Part shown: in pieces, positions 17,256 to 28,320 of the stretch
Layout of the letters: every line of letters begins with the position of its first letter
Numbering within the stretch: position 1 is the stretch's first letter
Assembly (NCBI GenBank): GCA_963675515.1
Contig: OY776328.1
Span: forward strand, 630,001-662,000
DNA length: 32,000 nt
From: Coprobacillaceae bacterium
Lineage (GTDB): Bacteria; Bacillota_I; Bacilli_A; Erysipelotrichales; Coprobacillaceae
Direction: 5' to 3'
Made by a program: the position numbers and the translations under genes
Notes under the pieces: generated by a model
Seen by the model: the letters and a program-made list of their open reading frames with translations, nothing else
Databases searched by the model: none
Told to the model about the DNA's origin: nothing

Positions 17256-17873
17256 ATGAAAGTATTGCTTATAAATGGTAGCCCCAACCGTAACGGCTGC
17301 ACCTATACGGCATTGAATGAAGTGGCTCAGACCTTGAACAACGAGGGTGTGGAAACGGAAATAATTCACGTGGGACACAAGGATATCCGTGGCTGCATCG
17401 GATGTCGCAAATGCAAAACCACTGGAAAATGCGTATTTGACGATATCGTCAATGAAATGGCGCCGAAATTCGAAGAGGCAGATGGTGTTGTCATCGGCTC
17501 TCCGGTCTATTTCGCTTCAGCCAACGGGACGCTGGTATCATTCATCGATCGGCTGTTTTACAGCGTGCCGTTTGACAAGACGATGAAGGTCGGGGCTGCG
17601 GTTGTCAGCTGCCGCCGGGGTGGCAACAGCGCAACATTTGATGTGTTGAACAAGTATTTCACCTTATCAGGGATGCCGATTGCATCGAGCCAGTACTGGA
17701 ACATGGTTCATGGTTACAATGCAGAAGATGTCAAAAACGATCTCGAAGGGATGCAGACAATGCGCGTACTTGGAAAGAATATGGCCTTCCTGATGAAAAG
17801 CATCGAGCTTGGCAAACAGGCGATAGGCTTGCCGGAAAAGGAAGAACGGATATTTACTGATTTCAACAGGTAG
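17256..17873 (+). CDS. Flavodoxin-family protein (iron-sulfur flavoprotein-like NAD(P)H-dependent FMN reductase)
   Basis: MKVLLINGSPNRNGCTYTAL..., the Cys cluster CIGCRKCKTTGKC, and VVIGSPVYFASANG. AAAGGAG RBS, 12 nt after the AKR stop. Confidence 0.8.
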   Translation: MKVLLINGSPNRNGCTYTALNEVAQTLNNEGVETEIIHVGHKDIRGCIGCRKCKTTGKCVFDDIVNEMAPKFEEADGVVIGSPVYFASANGTLVSFIDRLFYSVPFDKTMKVGAAVVSCRRGGNSATFDVLNKYFTLSGMPIASSQYWNMVHGYNAEDVKNDLEGMQTMRVLGKNMAFLMKSIELGKQAIGLPEKEERIFTDFNR

Positions 17874-17906
17874 CTCCCATCACTCAAAATCAAATAATTT
17901 CAATTT

Positions 17907-17944
17907 AGACTGATTCCAATCAAATTCCGGAATCAGTCTTTTTA
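17907..17944 (+). terminator. Rho-independent terminator
   Basis: Perfect 11-bp stem, AGACTGATTCC (17907-17917) with GGAATCAGTCT (17929-17939), followed by TTTTT. Confidence 0.8.
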
Positions 17945-18181
17945 CGTATAAAAACTATCTCTAGCGCGGTATGAAACTTGGGTGCCAGGAATAGAAACGT
18001 CATTTCCGTGTTGACTTTGTTGAAGTTACTAAATGTGAAGTTTTGGGGCAATTTCAAGTCGATTAATCATAGGGATTTAGATCATCACAATTGCGTTGTA
18101 AGACTTTACATTTATTGTGATAAAATAGAATGTGAAAGAAGTAAAAAATATTTTATGATGTCAGTGTAGGAGGAGACAGAA

Positions 18182-20224
18182 ATGAAAGATTGCAATCAAC
18201 AGTTACTCCACCATCTTGTAATTGAACGGATAGTCGATGAGAATATGTTAATGGATAAGTTGAACATGACCAAGCGTCAACTGTCATACTCGATTCAACA
18301 GATTAACGATCAGTTAGAAGAACTAGGAATTCCGAAAATTCAAAAGAAAGAAGGGATATATGTATACTCCAACAAATTAATGGATTATATCTTGACTGAA
18401 TCAAGTTTGAGAAGCTTTGTCTTCTCGACAGAAAACAGAACACAAATTATTCTATTGATGATTTTAATAAAAGAAGACTATTTGGCACTTGATTATTTCA
18501 CATATGTGTTGAATGTAAGCAAAAACACCATATTGGCTGACATGAAAAAGTGCAAGGATTATGCGGCCACCAATAACCTAAGCATCGAATACTCGAGAAA
18601 AGACGGTTATTATCTGGTTGGAAGCGAATGGGATAAGAGAATTGTCCTGGGAAATGTCATCTATGATTTGTACCAACAATTTGGCAAAGAACTGATCTTT
18701 CAACTGATTGATGATTTTAAGGAAAATGTCAAAGCTGTTGAAAACAGCATAGCGCAAATAGAGAAGTTTATGGGAGTCAAGTATACCGACGAGGATTTCT
18801 ACTTGCTGATCTTTTTCATCGCAATGGTTTTAAGAAGAATCTACCAAGACAAGTTGATCGACAATTTTGAGCTGGCTGACATGCGGGAAATCGAAAATAC
18901 CAAAGAATATCAGTCGCTGATCTTTTCGACAAGTTTCCCCAAGATTCCTGAGAGTGAGTACCTATACATTTCCTTGCATTTGTTGGGGTCCAAGACACGA
19001 AACGAGCGACCCTTGACTCAAAAAGATCTCCCTGAGCTGGCAAACTCGCTTTGGGAATTTCTCAATGAGTTCGAAGCAAACACCTTGTTTGTCCTTTCTG
19101 ATAAAAAAAGGTTGTTGGAAAAACTGCTAAATCACTTCAAACCGGCTTATTACCGGATCAAATACAATTTGTCATTTGAAAATGTGCTGTACGACAAGAT
19201 AGTCACCAAATACTGCATACTGCACAACTTTATCAAACAGTCATTCAAACCGGTCGAAAAATTCTTCGGGACCCAGATTTCCGATAAGGAAATAGCGTAT
19301 ATCACGTTGTTCATCGGAGGCCATCTATTGGAAAAAGGAAGCAGCGACTTTGAAGAAAAAATCGTCAAGGCCGTGATCCTTTGTCCCAATGGGATTTCGA
19401 TGTCAAAGATTATCGAAAGCGAGATCAAGACGCTCTTCCCTGAGTTCCTGTTCTATCCACCGATATCAATCCGTGATTATCAGGGATTTGTATTGCCTCA
19501 TGATTTGGTTTTTTCGACAGTACCAATAGAAGCTGATCAGGAAGTGTACGTTGTTACAGGACTGTCAAGTGAAAAGGAAAAACTGGATTTACGAAGAAGA
19601 GTGATCAGTAATTTTTTCAGGCTTGATTTTGATACATTGAATGCAAACGACATCTTGTCGGTAGTGAAGAAATATGCTGATGTAAATCAAGAAAAGAAGT
19701 TGATTGAAGAGCTGAATGGTCTGTTGTTAAAAGGAAAAAATATTACAAAACATGATAAAGTCAAAAAAGAAATTGTAAGCTTGTTAGATGTCCTTGACCC
19801 TGAGTGCATCCAAGTCATCGACGGGACAAAATCATGGAAAGATATTTTGGAAAGAGCCTGTGATCCGCTGGTGGCCAAAGAAGTCATCAAGGAAAATTAT
19901 TTCAATTATCTGTGGGCAGAATATAAGGGAAAACCAAGCTATATTATGCTTGACCAGCGGATTGTATTACCGCATCTTGATCCAAAGGTTGTAAGCCAAG
20001 AACTAGGAATAAGCATAATTGTATTGAAAGAAGGTATTTTCTACAATGGTAAAACCATGTATGTGGTTGTCTTGCTCACGACACCGGATAAGATAAGTCA
20101 TTTGAATGTTCTGCTTGATATCAGAAAAATGTCGAGAGACGAGGGATTCATTAACCGTTTAAAAGGCGTGATGAATCGCGAACAAGCATTAGAAACGGTA
20201 GTGAATTTTTTAAAACAGGAATGA
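18182..20224 (+). CDS. PRD-domain PTS-controlled transcriptional activator (MtlR/LicR-like)
   Basis: 680 aa. N-terminal HTH region, central PRD-like regions, an EIIB(Gat)-like segment (AVILCPNGISMSKIIE) and a C-terminal EIIA(Mtl/Fru)-like domain. GGAGGAG RBS. Confidence 0.8.
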   Translation: MKDCNQQLLHHLVIERIVDENMLMDKLNMTKRQLSYSIQQINDQLEELGIPKIQKKEGIYVYSNKLMDYILTESSLRSFVFSTENRTQIILLMILIKEDYLALDYFTYVLNVSKNTILADMKKCKDYAATNNLSIEYSRKDGYYLVGSEWDKRIVLGNVIYDLYQQFGKELIFQLIDDFKENVKAVENSIAQIEKFMGVKYTDEDFYLLIFFIAMVLRRIYQDKLIDNFELADMREIENTKEYQSLIFSTSFPKIPESEYLYISLHLLGSKTRNERPLTQKDLPELANSLWEFLNEFEANTLFVLSDKKRLLEKLLNHFKPAYYRIKYNLSFENVLYDKIVTKYCILHNFIKQSFKPVEKFFGTQISDKEIAYITLFIGGHLLEKGSSDFEEKIVKAVILCPNGISMSKIIESEIKTLFPEFLFYPPISIRDYQGFVLPHDLVFSTVPIEADQEVYVVTGLSSEKEKLDLRRRVISNFFRLDFDTLNANDILSVVKKYADVNQEKKLIEELNGLLLKGKNITKHDKVKKEIVSLLDVLDPECIQVIDGTKSWKDILERACDPLVAKEVIKENYFNYLWAEYKGKPSYIMLDQRIVLPHLDPKVVSQELGISIIVLKEGIFYNGKTMYVVVLLTTPDKISHLNVLLDIRKMSRDEGFINRLKGVMNREQALETVVNFLKQE

Positions 20225-20234
20225 GGAAAAGAGA

Positions 20235-20693
20235 ATGTTAGAAGAATATTTAAAAGAGGAACTGGTCTTTTTGGGATGGGACGTTGCTACGCGCAATGAA
20301 CTATTTGAGAAGGTGTCGGAAATCATTCACGATAAAGGGTATGTCAATGACGGCTTTTATGAGTTTTTGACTGCTCGCGAGGACAATTACCCAACGGGAT
20401 TGCAACTCGAGCATAATGCGGTGGCCATCCCCCATGGCGACCCCCAATATATAAACGAGCCATTTATTGCAGTGGCTCGCCTGAAGAACCCGGTAAAGAT
20501 TAATAAGATGGAAGCACCTGATGAGCAGATCGATGTCAGCTTATTCTTCATTCTGGGATTAAAAGAAGGATCTTCCCATATAAGTGTTTTAAGACATCTT
20601 ATTGGGCATATCCAACAAAAAGAATTTGTGGACGGAGTGATGGACGCTTCATCTGCGGAACAATTGATTAATATCATAGTTAACAGTGACTGA
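20235..20693 (+). CDS. PTS EIIA component (mannitol/fructose/galactitol type)
   Basis: 152 aa with the phosphorylatable His context NAVAIPHGDP. Confidence 0.85.
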   Translation: MLEEYLKEELVFLGWDVATRNELFEKVSEIIHDKGYVNDGFYEFLTAREDNYPTGLQLEHNAVAIPHGDPQYINEPFIAVARLKNPVKINKMEAPDEQIDVSLFFILGLKEGSSHISVLRHLIGHIQQKEFVDGVMDASSAEQLINIIVNSD

Positions 20694-20712
20694 TAAGTCA
20701 GAGGAAAATAAA

Positions 20713-21015
20713 ATGGCAAAGAAATTAAACATAGTAGTGGCCTGTGGAAGCGGCGTGGCAACTTCAACTTTGGCTGCTGAGGAAGTAAAGAGTGTCTGTG
20801 CTGAATACGGAATCACCAATTACAGCATTTCAAAAAGTTCGATGCAGGAGTTGGATACAGCCAGCCAAAACGCGGATGTGGTTCTGACTACGAACAATTA
20901 CAAAGGGGAAATAAGCAAACCCCATATGAGCATAGCGGCGTTCATTACCGGAATTAACGAAGCGAAACTTCGCAAAAATCTCGGTGAATTGCTGGTTGAG
21001 CTTCAAAATAAGTAA
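20713..21015 (+). CDS. PTS EIIB component, galactitol (GatB) type
   Basis: MAKKLNIVVACGSGVATSTLAAEEVK matches the GatB N-terminus with its active-site Cys. GAGGAAA RBS before the ATG at 20713. Confidence 0.85.
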   Translation: MAKKLNIVVACGSGVATSTLAAEEVKSVCAEYGITNYSISKSSMQELDTASQNADVVLTTNNYKGEISKPHMSIAAFITGINEAKLRKNLGELLVELQNK

Positions 21016-21065
21016 TCGGTTTAGTGTGTATTTATATGAATATGAGAGAAACGGGAGAGAGATAA

Positions 21066-22319
21066 ATGGATACATTAATTAACATCATGCAGGTAATCAC
21101 CGGCATGGGTGCTGCGGCGGTTCTGCCACTGGTAATCTTTGTTTTAGGGTTAGTGTTCAAAATGAAAGTCGGAAATGCCATCAAGGCTGGTATTACTGTA
21201 GGGATCGGTTTTATCGGATTATCATTGGTAGTCGGACTGTTGAGTTCATCATTACAACCATCTATTGACTATTATTCTAATGTCGGTTCAGGTTTCACAA
21301 TTCTTGATTTGGGATGGCCTGCGGTAGGTGCAGCGGCATGGGTTGCTCCATTTGCCGGCTTGGTAGTTCCAATCGGGATCGCGATCAACCTGTTGCTTGT
21401 CAGAATGAAACTTACAAAAACGTTGAACGTGGATATCTGGAACTACATGCATTTCCTTGTTCCTGGGGCTTTGGCATATTTCATCTTCGACAGTTTCATC
21501 ATCGGTTTGGTAGTTGCTGTGGGGTTATCAGTTGCAGCATTATTCGTAGGTGACATCATCGCTCCGTTATGGCAAAAGTATTATGGACTGGAAGACACAA
21601 CATGTACAACATTGATCCACACTGGATGGACACTGCCATTTGCATGGCTTGTTAACAAGATTATCGATTTCATTCCTGGATTGAACAAGCTGGATGTGAG
21701 TTTGGAAAAACTGAACAAGAAATTAGGTGTTTTCGGTGAGCCTGCTATCATCGGGGTATTGATCGGAGTTGTCTTAGGACTTTTGACAAAACAAGAATTT
21801 ACGACTATCGTACCAATGGCAATGGGAGTTGCCGGTGTCATGGTGTTGCTTCCAAAAGTGGTAGGCGTCCTGATGGAAGGTCTGTCACCAATCGGTAAGG
21901 CTGCAAAACAAATCATGACCAAACAAATGGGTGAAGATGCTGAATTGAATATAGGAATGGACTGTGCTTTAGGTTTGGGTGATCCGGCGACCGTAACCGT
22001 AACGGTAATCACAATCCCATTGACGATGCTGGCGGCACTGGTAATGCCAGGGGTCAAGACATTCCCGATCGGGATCTTGATGTCGACAATTTATATGACA
22101 ACCATGACAGTAATGGCTTGCAAAGGAAACGTGTTGCGCTCAATCATAACAACGCTGCTGTTCAGCATTGTTGTTATGTATCTTGGTGCATATGTCGCGC
22201 CAGGTGCTACAGAATTCTTGCAAGGTGCCGGAGTGGCGCTTAGCGGTCAAGGGACTGACTTCGTGTTGACCGGACCTTGGGAAGTAATTATCTACTGGGC
22301 TAGCGTACTGTTAGGCTAA
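21066..22319 (+). CDS. PTS EIIC component, galactitol (GatC/SgcC) type
   Basis: 417-aa polytopic membrane protein with a GatC-like N-terminus (...LPLVIFVLGLVFKMKVGNAIKAGITVGIGFIG). Confidence 0.85.
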   Translation: MDTLINIMQVITGMGAAAVLPLVIFVLGLVFKMKVGNAIKAGITVGIGFIGLSLVVGLLSSSLQPSIDYYSNVGSGFTILDLGWPAVGAAAWVAPFAGLVVPIGIAINLLLVRMKLTKTLNVDIWNYMHFLVPGALAYFIFDSFIIGLVVAVGLSVAALFVGDIIAPLWQKYYGLEDTTCTTLIHTGWTLPFAWLVNKIIDFIPGLNKLDVSLEKLNKKLGVFGEPAIIGVLIGVVLGLLTKQEFTTIVPMAMGVAGVMVLLPKVVGVLMEGLSPIGKAAKQIMTKQMGEDAELNIGMDCALGLGDPATVTVTVITIPLTMLAALVMPGVKTFPIGILMSTIYMTTMTVMACKGNVLRSIITTLLFSIVVMYLGAYVAPGATEFLQGAGVALSGQGTDFVLTGPWEVIIYWASVLLG

Positions 22320-22347
22320 TCTTGAGAATAGAAGGAGTTAATTTATA

Positions 22348-22992
22348 ATGGCAAAAATATTACCATCAATTTTCGGGGCTGACCTGTTGCGTTTGCAAGA
22401 TGAGATCAATTTCCTGGAAATGGAAAAAACAGAAATCCTGCATGTTGACATGATGGATGGAAACTACGTAAGCAATATCGCATTTGGACCAAACCAGATC
22501 AAGGCGATGAAAGATGCATCAACCATGATTTTCGATGTCCATATGATGCTAAGTGATCCAATCCGACATGTCGACGATGTTATTGATACCGGAGCACAGA
22601 TGATCTCGGTCCACTATGAGTCGACCCCTCATGTCCATTTCGTGATCCAAAAGATCAAGAAAGCGGGACGAAAGGCCGGTGTGGTGCTTAATCCAGGAAC
22701 GCCACCTAGTGTGATCGAGTATCTACTTGATGATATCGATTATGTCCTCCTTATGACCATCAATCCAGGACAGCCGGGTCAAAGTTTTATCGAGAAGAGC
22801 ATCGAGAAAATTGAAAATACAAAAAGAATTATTGGAAACCGAAACATCCAAATTCAGGTAGACGGTGGTGTGAATATGGCAATTGCGAAAAGATGCAAGG
22901 AAGCCGGAGCTGATCTGATCGTGGTTGGAGGTGCGCTGTTTACGGACAACCCAACATTGAGCTATAAAGAACTAAAAGAAGCAATACAATAG
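22348..22992 (+). CDS. Ribulose-phosphate 3-epimerase family protein (Rpe/AlsE/SgcE-like)
   Basis: 214 aa. ILPSIFGADLLRL...LHVDMMDGNYV...DVHMM...LLMTINPGQPGQSF...QVDGGV aligns with Rpe along its whole length. Confidence 0.88.
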   Translation: MAKILPSIFGADLLRLQDEINFLEMEKTEILHVDMMDGNYVSNIAFGPNQIKAMKDASTMIFDVHMMLSDPIRHVDDVIDTGAQMISVHYESTPHVHFVIQKIKKAGRKAGVVLNPGTPPSVIEYLLDDIDYVLLMTINPGQPGQSFIEKSIEKIENTKRIIGNRNIQIQVDGGVNMAIAKRCKEAGADLIVVGGALFTDNPTLSYKELKEAIQ

Positions 22993-23010
22993 AAAGCGGG
23001 TATAAGAATA

Positions 23011-23763
23011 ATGAGTAATTTTGAAGGAAAAGTAGCATTGATCACAGGTGCGGCTAACGGAATTGGAAAAGGTATTGCTGAAAAATTTGCGAAAGCAGGG
23101 GCGAATACAGTTATAGTCGATTACGACCCAGTGCAAGGAGCTGCAACGGCAGCTGAATTGAGCGAAAAATATGCCAAATCGTTGTTTGTTCAGGCGGACG
23201 TTTCAAATGCCGAAGCTATGGCAAAGGTTCGTGAAGAAACATTCAAGGAATTTGGGAAAATTGATATTCTAGTGCTTAATGCCGGAGTCGCGTTCGCAAA
23301 TAAAGTCAATGATATCTCTTTTGAAGAATGGAATAAGACACTGGACATAAATCTTAGCGGTCTGTTCAATACGGTCAAGGCATTCTACAATGACTTCCTG
23401 ACAAACCACGGATCGATTGTCTACATCAGTTCTGGTTCGGCCTTGAGTGGAACCGGAGGAGGAGTTTCATATCCGGCAAGCAAGGCTGGTGGTGAAGGTC
23501 TGATGCGCGGGTTGGCTAAAGAATTGGGACCTAAGGGTGTCAATGTGAATATCATAGCACCTCGATTGATTGACACTGGGAAGATGATGCGGGTCAACTA
23601 TCCAACTCAAGCGAGTTTGGATGCCGTTTTGGAAAAAATTCCAGTAAGGCGTTTAGGTACAGTTGAAGATGTCGCCAACTTGGCATTCTTCCTGGCTGAT
23701 TCGGATAATTCTTACATTCAAGGGCAGACTATCCTGCTTGATGGTGGTAGAACCATCGCATAA
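23011..23763 (+). CDS. Short-chain dehydrogenase/reductase (SDR)
   Basis: TGAANGIGKG cofactor motif, NAG, and a YPASK catalytic motif. 250 aa. Confidence 0.88.
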   Translation: MSNFEGKVALITGAANGIGKGIAEKFAKAGANTVIVDYDPVQGAATAAELSEKYAKSLFVQADVSNAEAMAKVREETFKEFGKIDILVLNAGVAFANKVNDISFEEWNKTLDINLSGLFNTVKAFYNDFLTNHGSIVYISSGSALSGTGGGVSYPASKAGGEGLMRGLAKELGPKGVNVNIIAPRLIDTGKMMRVNYPTQASLDAVLEKIPVRRLGTVEDVANLAFFLADSDNSYIQGQTILLDGGRTIA

Positions 23764-23771
23764 TTCAATGC

Positions 23772-23801
23772 ATAAAGGTGCAAGATAATCTGCACCTTTA
23801 T
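23772..23801 (+). other. Intra-operon hairpin between the SDR and isomerase genes
   Basis: Perfect 11-bp stem, ATAAAGGTGCA (23772-23782) with TGCACCTTTAT (23791-23801). Only a weak T-tract follows. Confidence 0.4.
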
Positions 23802-23829
23802 CTTTAATAAAATTGAGAGGAATTTAATA

Positions 23830-24390
23830 ATGAGCATTAAAGAAAATACAGCCAATATCATTTTGGAACTGCAAAACAATGCGCTGAAAATCGATGACGG
23901 CCAAGCAACGGCTTTCATCGAAAACATCAAGAAAGCCAATCATATTTTCCTGGCGGGCGCAGGAAGAAGCGGAATAGCCATAAAGGCATTTGCGAATCGT
24001 CTGCTCCACCTGGGATTTTCGGTCAGCATTGTTGGAGAAATCAGCTCCCCCCATTCAAAAGCAGGAGATCTTCTTATCATCTGTTCGGGTTCCGGTGAAA
24101 CGGGAAGCTTGAAAAGTCTGGCGCAAAAAGCAGTCGATAGCAATGTGGATGTGGGTCTAATCACTATGAAACAGGAATCGACAATCGGCAAACTTGCCAG
24201 CGCGATCCTTGTGCTGCCAGGAACTGTAAAAGAGGACAATGTCCGTGATGAGGATTCATTTTCGCAACCGATGGGCTCTGCATTTGAACAATTGGCATTT
24301 TTGACATTTGACGCAATCATCCTGGGGTTGATGGAAAACCTTGGTGAGAATTCGGACACAATGTTCAGACGCCATGCGGATTTTGAGTAA
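23830..24390 (+). CDS. hxlB: 6-phospho-3-hexuloisomerase (SIS domain, HxlB-like)
   Basis: 186 aa, collinear with B. subtilis HxlB as recalled (IFLAGAGRSG...HLGFSV..VGE...GSGSGET.SL...QPMGS.FEQ...TMF..HA..E). Confidence 0.85.
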   Translation: MSIKENTANIILELQNNALKIDDGQATAFIENIKKANHIFLAGAGRSGIAIKAFANRLLHLGFSVSIVGEISSPHSKAGDLLIICSGSGETGSLKSLAQKAVDSNVDVGLITMKQESTIGKLASAILVLPGTVKEDNVRDEDSFSQPMGSAFEQLAFLTFDAIILGLMENLGENSDTMFRRHADFE

Positions 24391-24458
24391 ATAGATATTA
24401 TGAGGCACCATCTGGAATTATTTCCGGTGGTGTCATTTTCGATTGGAGGATAACATTA

Positions 24459-25241
24459 ATGAATAACATCAAGGGCATCTGTTTTTTCGATCTCGATGGG
24501 ACTTTGTTGAATTCAAGGTCGTAGGTTGACAAGGATGTCGGTAAAGCTATAGCTCTTTTGAAATCAAACGATTACCTCCCGGTTATCGCAACCGGGCGGA
24601 CAATCAGCAGTGTCGAAAAGATCATGATTGATTCAGGGATTTTCTCTATCATCGCCTTGAACGGTCAGTATATCGAGATAGAAGGACGCAGAGTTTATGA
24701 GGATGTCTTGCCGGTTGGATTGCTTGAGAAGTTTCTTGATTTTTCAAAATCATTGGGAAATGAAGTCTGTTTCAACAATGCACATGATATCTGGGCATCC
24801 GGTCACAATGAAACCATGGAAAAAGCTTATCAGGAAATCCATGTAGCATTGCCGGAAAAGCATCCACAAAGACACACTGAAGACAAGGTGAGTATGTTGC
24901 TGGCCATTACGGACAACAAATGTCAGGATGAATTGTACGCTGAGGCATTTCCAGAACTTAACTTCTTCAGGAACTCCCAATACTCGATTGATATTGTCGC
25001 CAAACAAAGCTCCAAGGGAGCGGCTATAAAGATTCTGATTGAAGTGTTGAAATTATATGGTGTGCCTACCTACGGATTTGGTGATGGACTGAACGACATT
25101 TCAATGATGGAACATGTGGATTTCAAAGTGGCAATGGGAAATGCGGTGGAAGAAATAAAAGATATGGCCGATTACATAACTGCAACCAATATTGATGGTG
25201 GCTTGATCAAGGCATTCAAACATTATGGTCTGATTGACTGA
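24459..25241 (+). pseudogene. Cof-type HAD phosphatase with an in-frame TAG at codon 22
   Basis: GGAGGA RBS. MNNIKGICFFDLDGTLLNSRS*VDKDVGKAIALLKSNDYLPVIATGRT...GDGLNDISMM. The TAG is at 24522-24524, in the same frame as the 24558-25241 ORF. Confidence 0.8.
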
Positions 25242-25267
25242 TCCAAAAAGTCTCTTGGTTTTTGGAT
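25241..25267 (+). terminator. Possible terminator (AU-rich stem)
   Basis: ATCCAAAAA (25241-25249) pairs with TTTTTGGAT (25259-25267). The trailing T-tract is weak. Confidence 0.35.
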
Positions 25268-25306
25268 TGTTTCAAAAACTTCGGGTATAGTGCGTTTTTT
25301 CATTTG

Positions 25307-25335
25307 TTGAAGCAATTCAATATTTGTTGTAAGAT
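25307..25335 (+). promoter_or_regulatory. Candidate sigma-A promoter for the rpiR-like gene
   Basis: TTGAAG (25307-25312), 17-bp spacer, TAAGAT (25330-25335). Confidence 0.35.
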
Positions 25336-25373
25336 ATGTTTATCATGGAATAATTGAAATGAATGGAGGAGTG

Positions 25374-26276
25374 ATGATGCTAATATTTGACAAACTGAAC
25401 TCGAAAGAAAATATGAGTGAAAACGAGGAGTCCATAACTGAATTTATCCTAACGTTAGGCAAAGACCTGAAGAAATATTCAACTCGGAATATCGCTGAAT
25501 CTACTTTCACTTCTCCGGCGACGGTGGTGCGTCTGGCAAAGAAATTGGGCTTCAAAGGATATGATGATTTCAAGGAACAGTTTCTTAAGGAGATTGATTA
25601 TCTTGACCAACAATATGGTAAAATATCCGCTAATTTTCCATTCCGCCAAGACGACTCAATGATGAGGGTCGCAAATAAAATATCTCACCTTTATGAAGAT
25701 ACAGTCAAAGATACGCTGGATCTGCTCCACCATGATAACCTGCAAAAAGCTCTGCGACTGGTTCAATATTCAAAATCGATATATATCTTTTCTTTTGGTA
25801 CGTCATTGAATCAGGCGGAGTCTTTCCGTGAGAAGATGCTGAAGATCAATAAGCATGTGATAATTTCAAACAACATGAATTACCAATTATATGAGGCCAA
25901 TTGCATCGCCAAGGGTGACATAGCCATTCTGATCAGTTATTCAGGTGAAACGGAAAAGATTCTCGAGATTGCAAGGACATGCAAAAAGAATCGGATTCCA
26001 ATTATTGCCGTCACGTCATTCGGAGAAAATACGCTTTCCAAATTTGCGAGCTGCAATTTGACAATTTCCACAAAAGAAAGCATGTTTCAAAACCTTGGCG
26101 ATTTCTCCACCCATCTGTCAATCAATATGATATTGGATATTCTATATGCCACCTATTTCCAGTTGAACTATGAGACAAACTACCAAAATAAACTTGAAAA
26201 CACCCAGAATCTCGAGGGTGGGCGCTATTCGAGCAACCCGATAATAATGGATGAAACAGTGTTTCATAAAAAGTAG
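25374..26276 (+). CDS. MurR/RpiR-family transcriptional regulator (HTH_6 plus SIS)
   Basis: ITEFILTLGKDLKKYSTRNIAESTFTSPATVVRLAKKLGFKGYDDFK HTH region, then a SIS domain (IYIFSFGTS...LISYSGET). The start is ATG 25374 or 25377, after GGAGGAG. Confidence 0.85.
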   Translation: MMLIFDKLNSKENMSENEESITEFILTLGKDLKKYSTRNIAESTFTSPATVVRLAKKLGFKGYDDFKEQFLKEIDYLDQQYGKISANFPFRQDDSMMRVANKISHLYEDTVKDTLDLLHHDNLQKALRLVQYSKSIYIFSFGTSLNQAESFREKMLKINKHVIISNNMNYQLYEANCIAKGDIAILISYSGETEKILEIARTCKKNRIPIIAVTSFGENTLSKFASCNLTISTKESMFQNLGDFSTHLSINMILDILYATYFQLNYETNYQNKLENTQNLEGGRYSSNPIIMDETVFHKK

Positions 26277-26333
26277 TCCAATATCGCATAGATAAGGAAA
26301 CACCGTTGAAACACCAGGTCCCACTATATGATT

Positions 26334-27784
<1,451 letters not shown>

Positions 27785-27810
27785 ATAATAGTTAGGAAGT
27801 GAAAGTTGTT

Positions 27811-28290
27811 ATGTTAAAAAGGATTTTGGCTTTTTCTATCGATATCTACCTGGGCAGCCTGTTGGCGACGCTTCCGATTTCACTTGCAAGTATGTACTTT
27901 CTTGGCGAAATGACCCAGAACGTCTTTTTGCTCGATAAGACAGTAGCAATTGGCATGATTGTTCTCAGCTTCGCTATTCTTTTTCTTTATTATTTGGTTG
28001 TCCCCTGGAAATTGTTCAAAGGGCAGACAATTGGGAAAAGACTAGTCGGGATCCGTATATGCTTCAACGATGATCAAGCATTGTTTAAAAGGCAATTTTT
28101 GATGATGTTGACAATGACGTCACTGACGAAGCTGGTGATTCAATTGGTTGGCATCATCTCGGGGTACAATTTCGTGGATGTTTTCATAGACTTAGCAAGG
28201 TCGGCCGCTTTTGTATCGCTGATGCTTATTGTATTCACGAAAAACCGTCGTTCAATCCACGATATGATTTCGGGAACTTTTGTAAAATAA
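27811..28290 (+). CDS. RDD-family membrane protein
   Basis: About 159 aa with 3-4 TM segments. KRILAFSIDIYLG, GQTIGKRLVGIRI and RRSIHDMISGTFV match the RDD-family pattern. Confidence 0.65.
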   Translation: MLKRILAFSIDIYLGSLLATLPISLASMYFLGEMTQNVFLLDKTVAIGMIVLSFAILFLYYLVVPWKLFKGQTIGKRLVGIRICFNDDQALFKRQFLMMLTMTSLTKLVIQLVGIISGYNFVDVFIDLARSAAFVSLMLIVFTKNRRSIHDMISGTFVK

Positions 28291-28320
28291 AATATGATCT
28301 AAATTCAGGGAGGAAAAATA

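Noticed and set aside
18097-18110. cre-like palindrome TGTAAGACTTTACA upstream of the PRD regulator
   Set aside because: The central CG of the CcpA cre consensus is replaced by AC. That is two mismatches at the most conserved positions, which is not enough to call a cre site.
21581-22057. 158-aa ORF on the minus strand inside the GatC-type EIIC gene
   Set aside because: It is entirely antisense to a strongly supported membrane-protein gene. It has no RBS, and its low-complexity composition is typical of shadow ORFs.
23940-24359. 139-aa minus-strand ORF
   Set aside because: It is antisense to the HxlB-like gene, which aligns end to end with a known family. It has no RBS and no recognisable motif.
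26277-26333. A BglG/LicT-type RAT antiterminator upstream of the GH1 hairpin
   Set aside because: No sequence resembles the RAT consensus, and no BglG/LicT-type antiterminator gene lies in the cluster. The adjacent regulator is RpiR-type.
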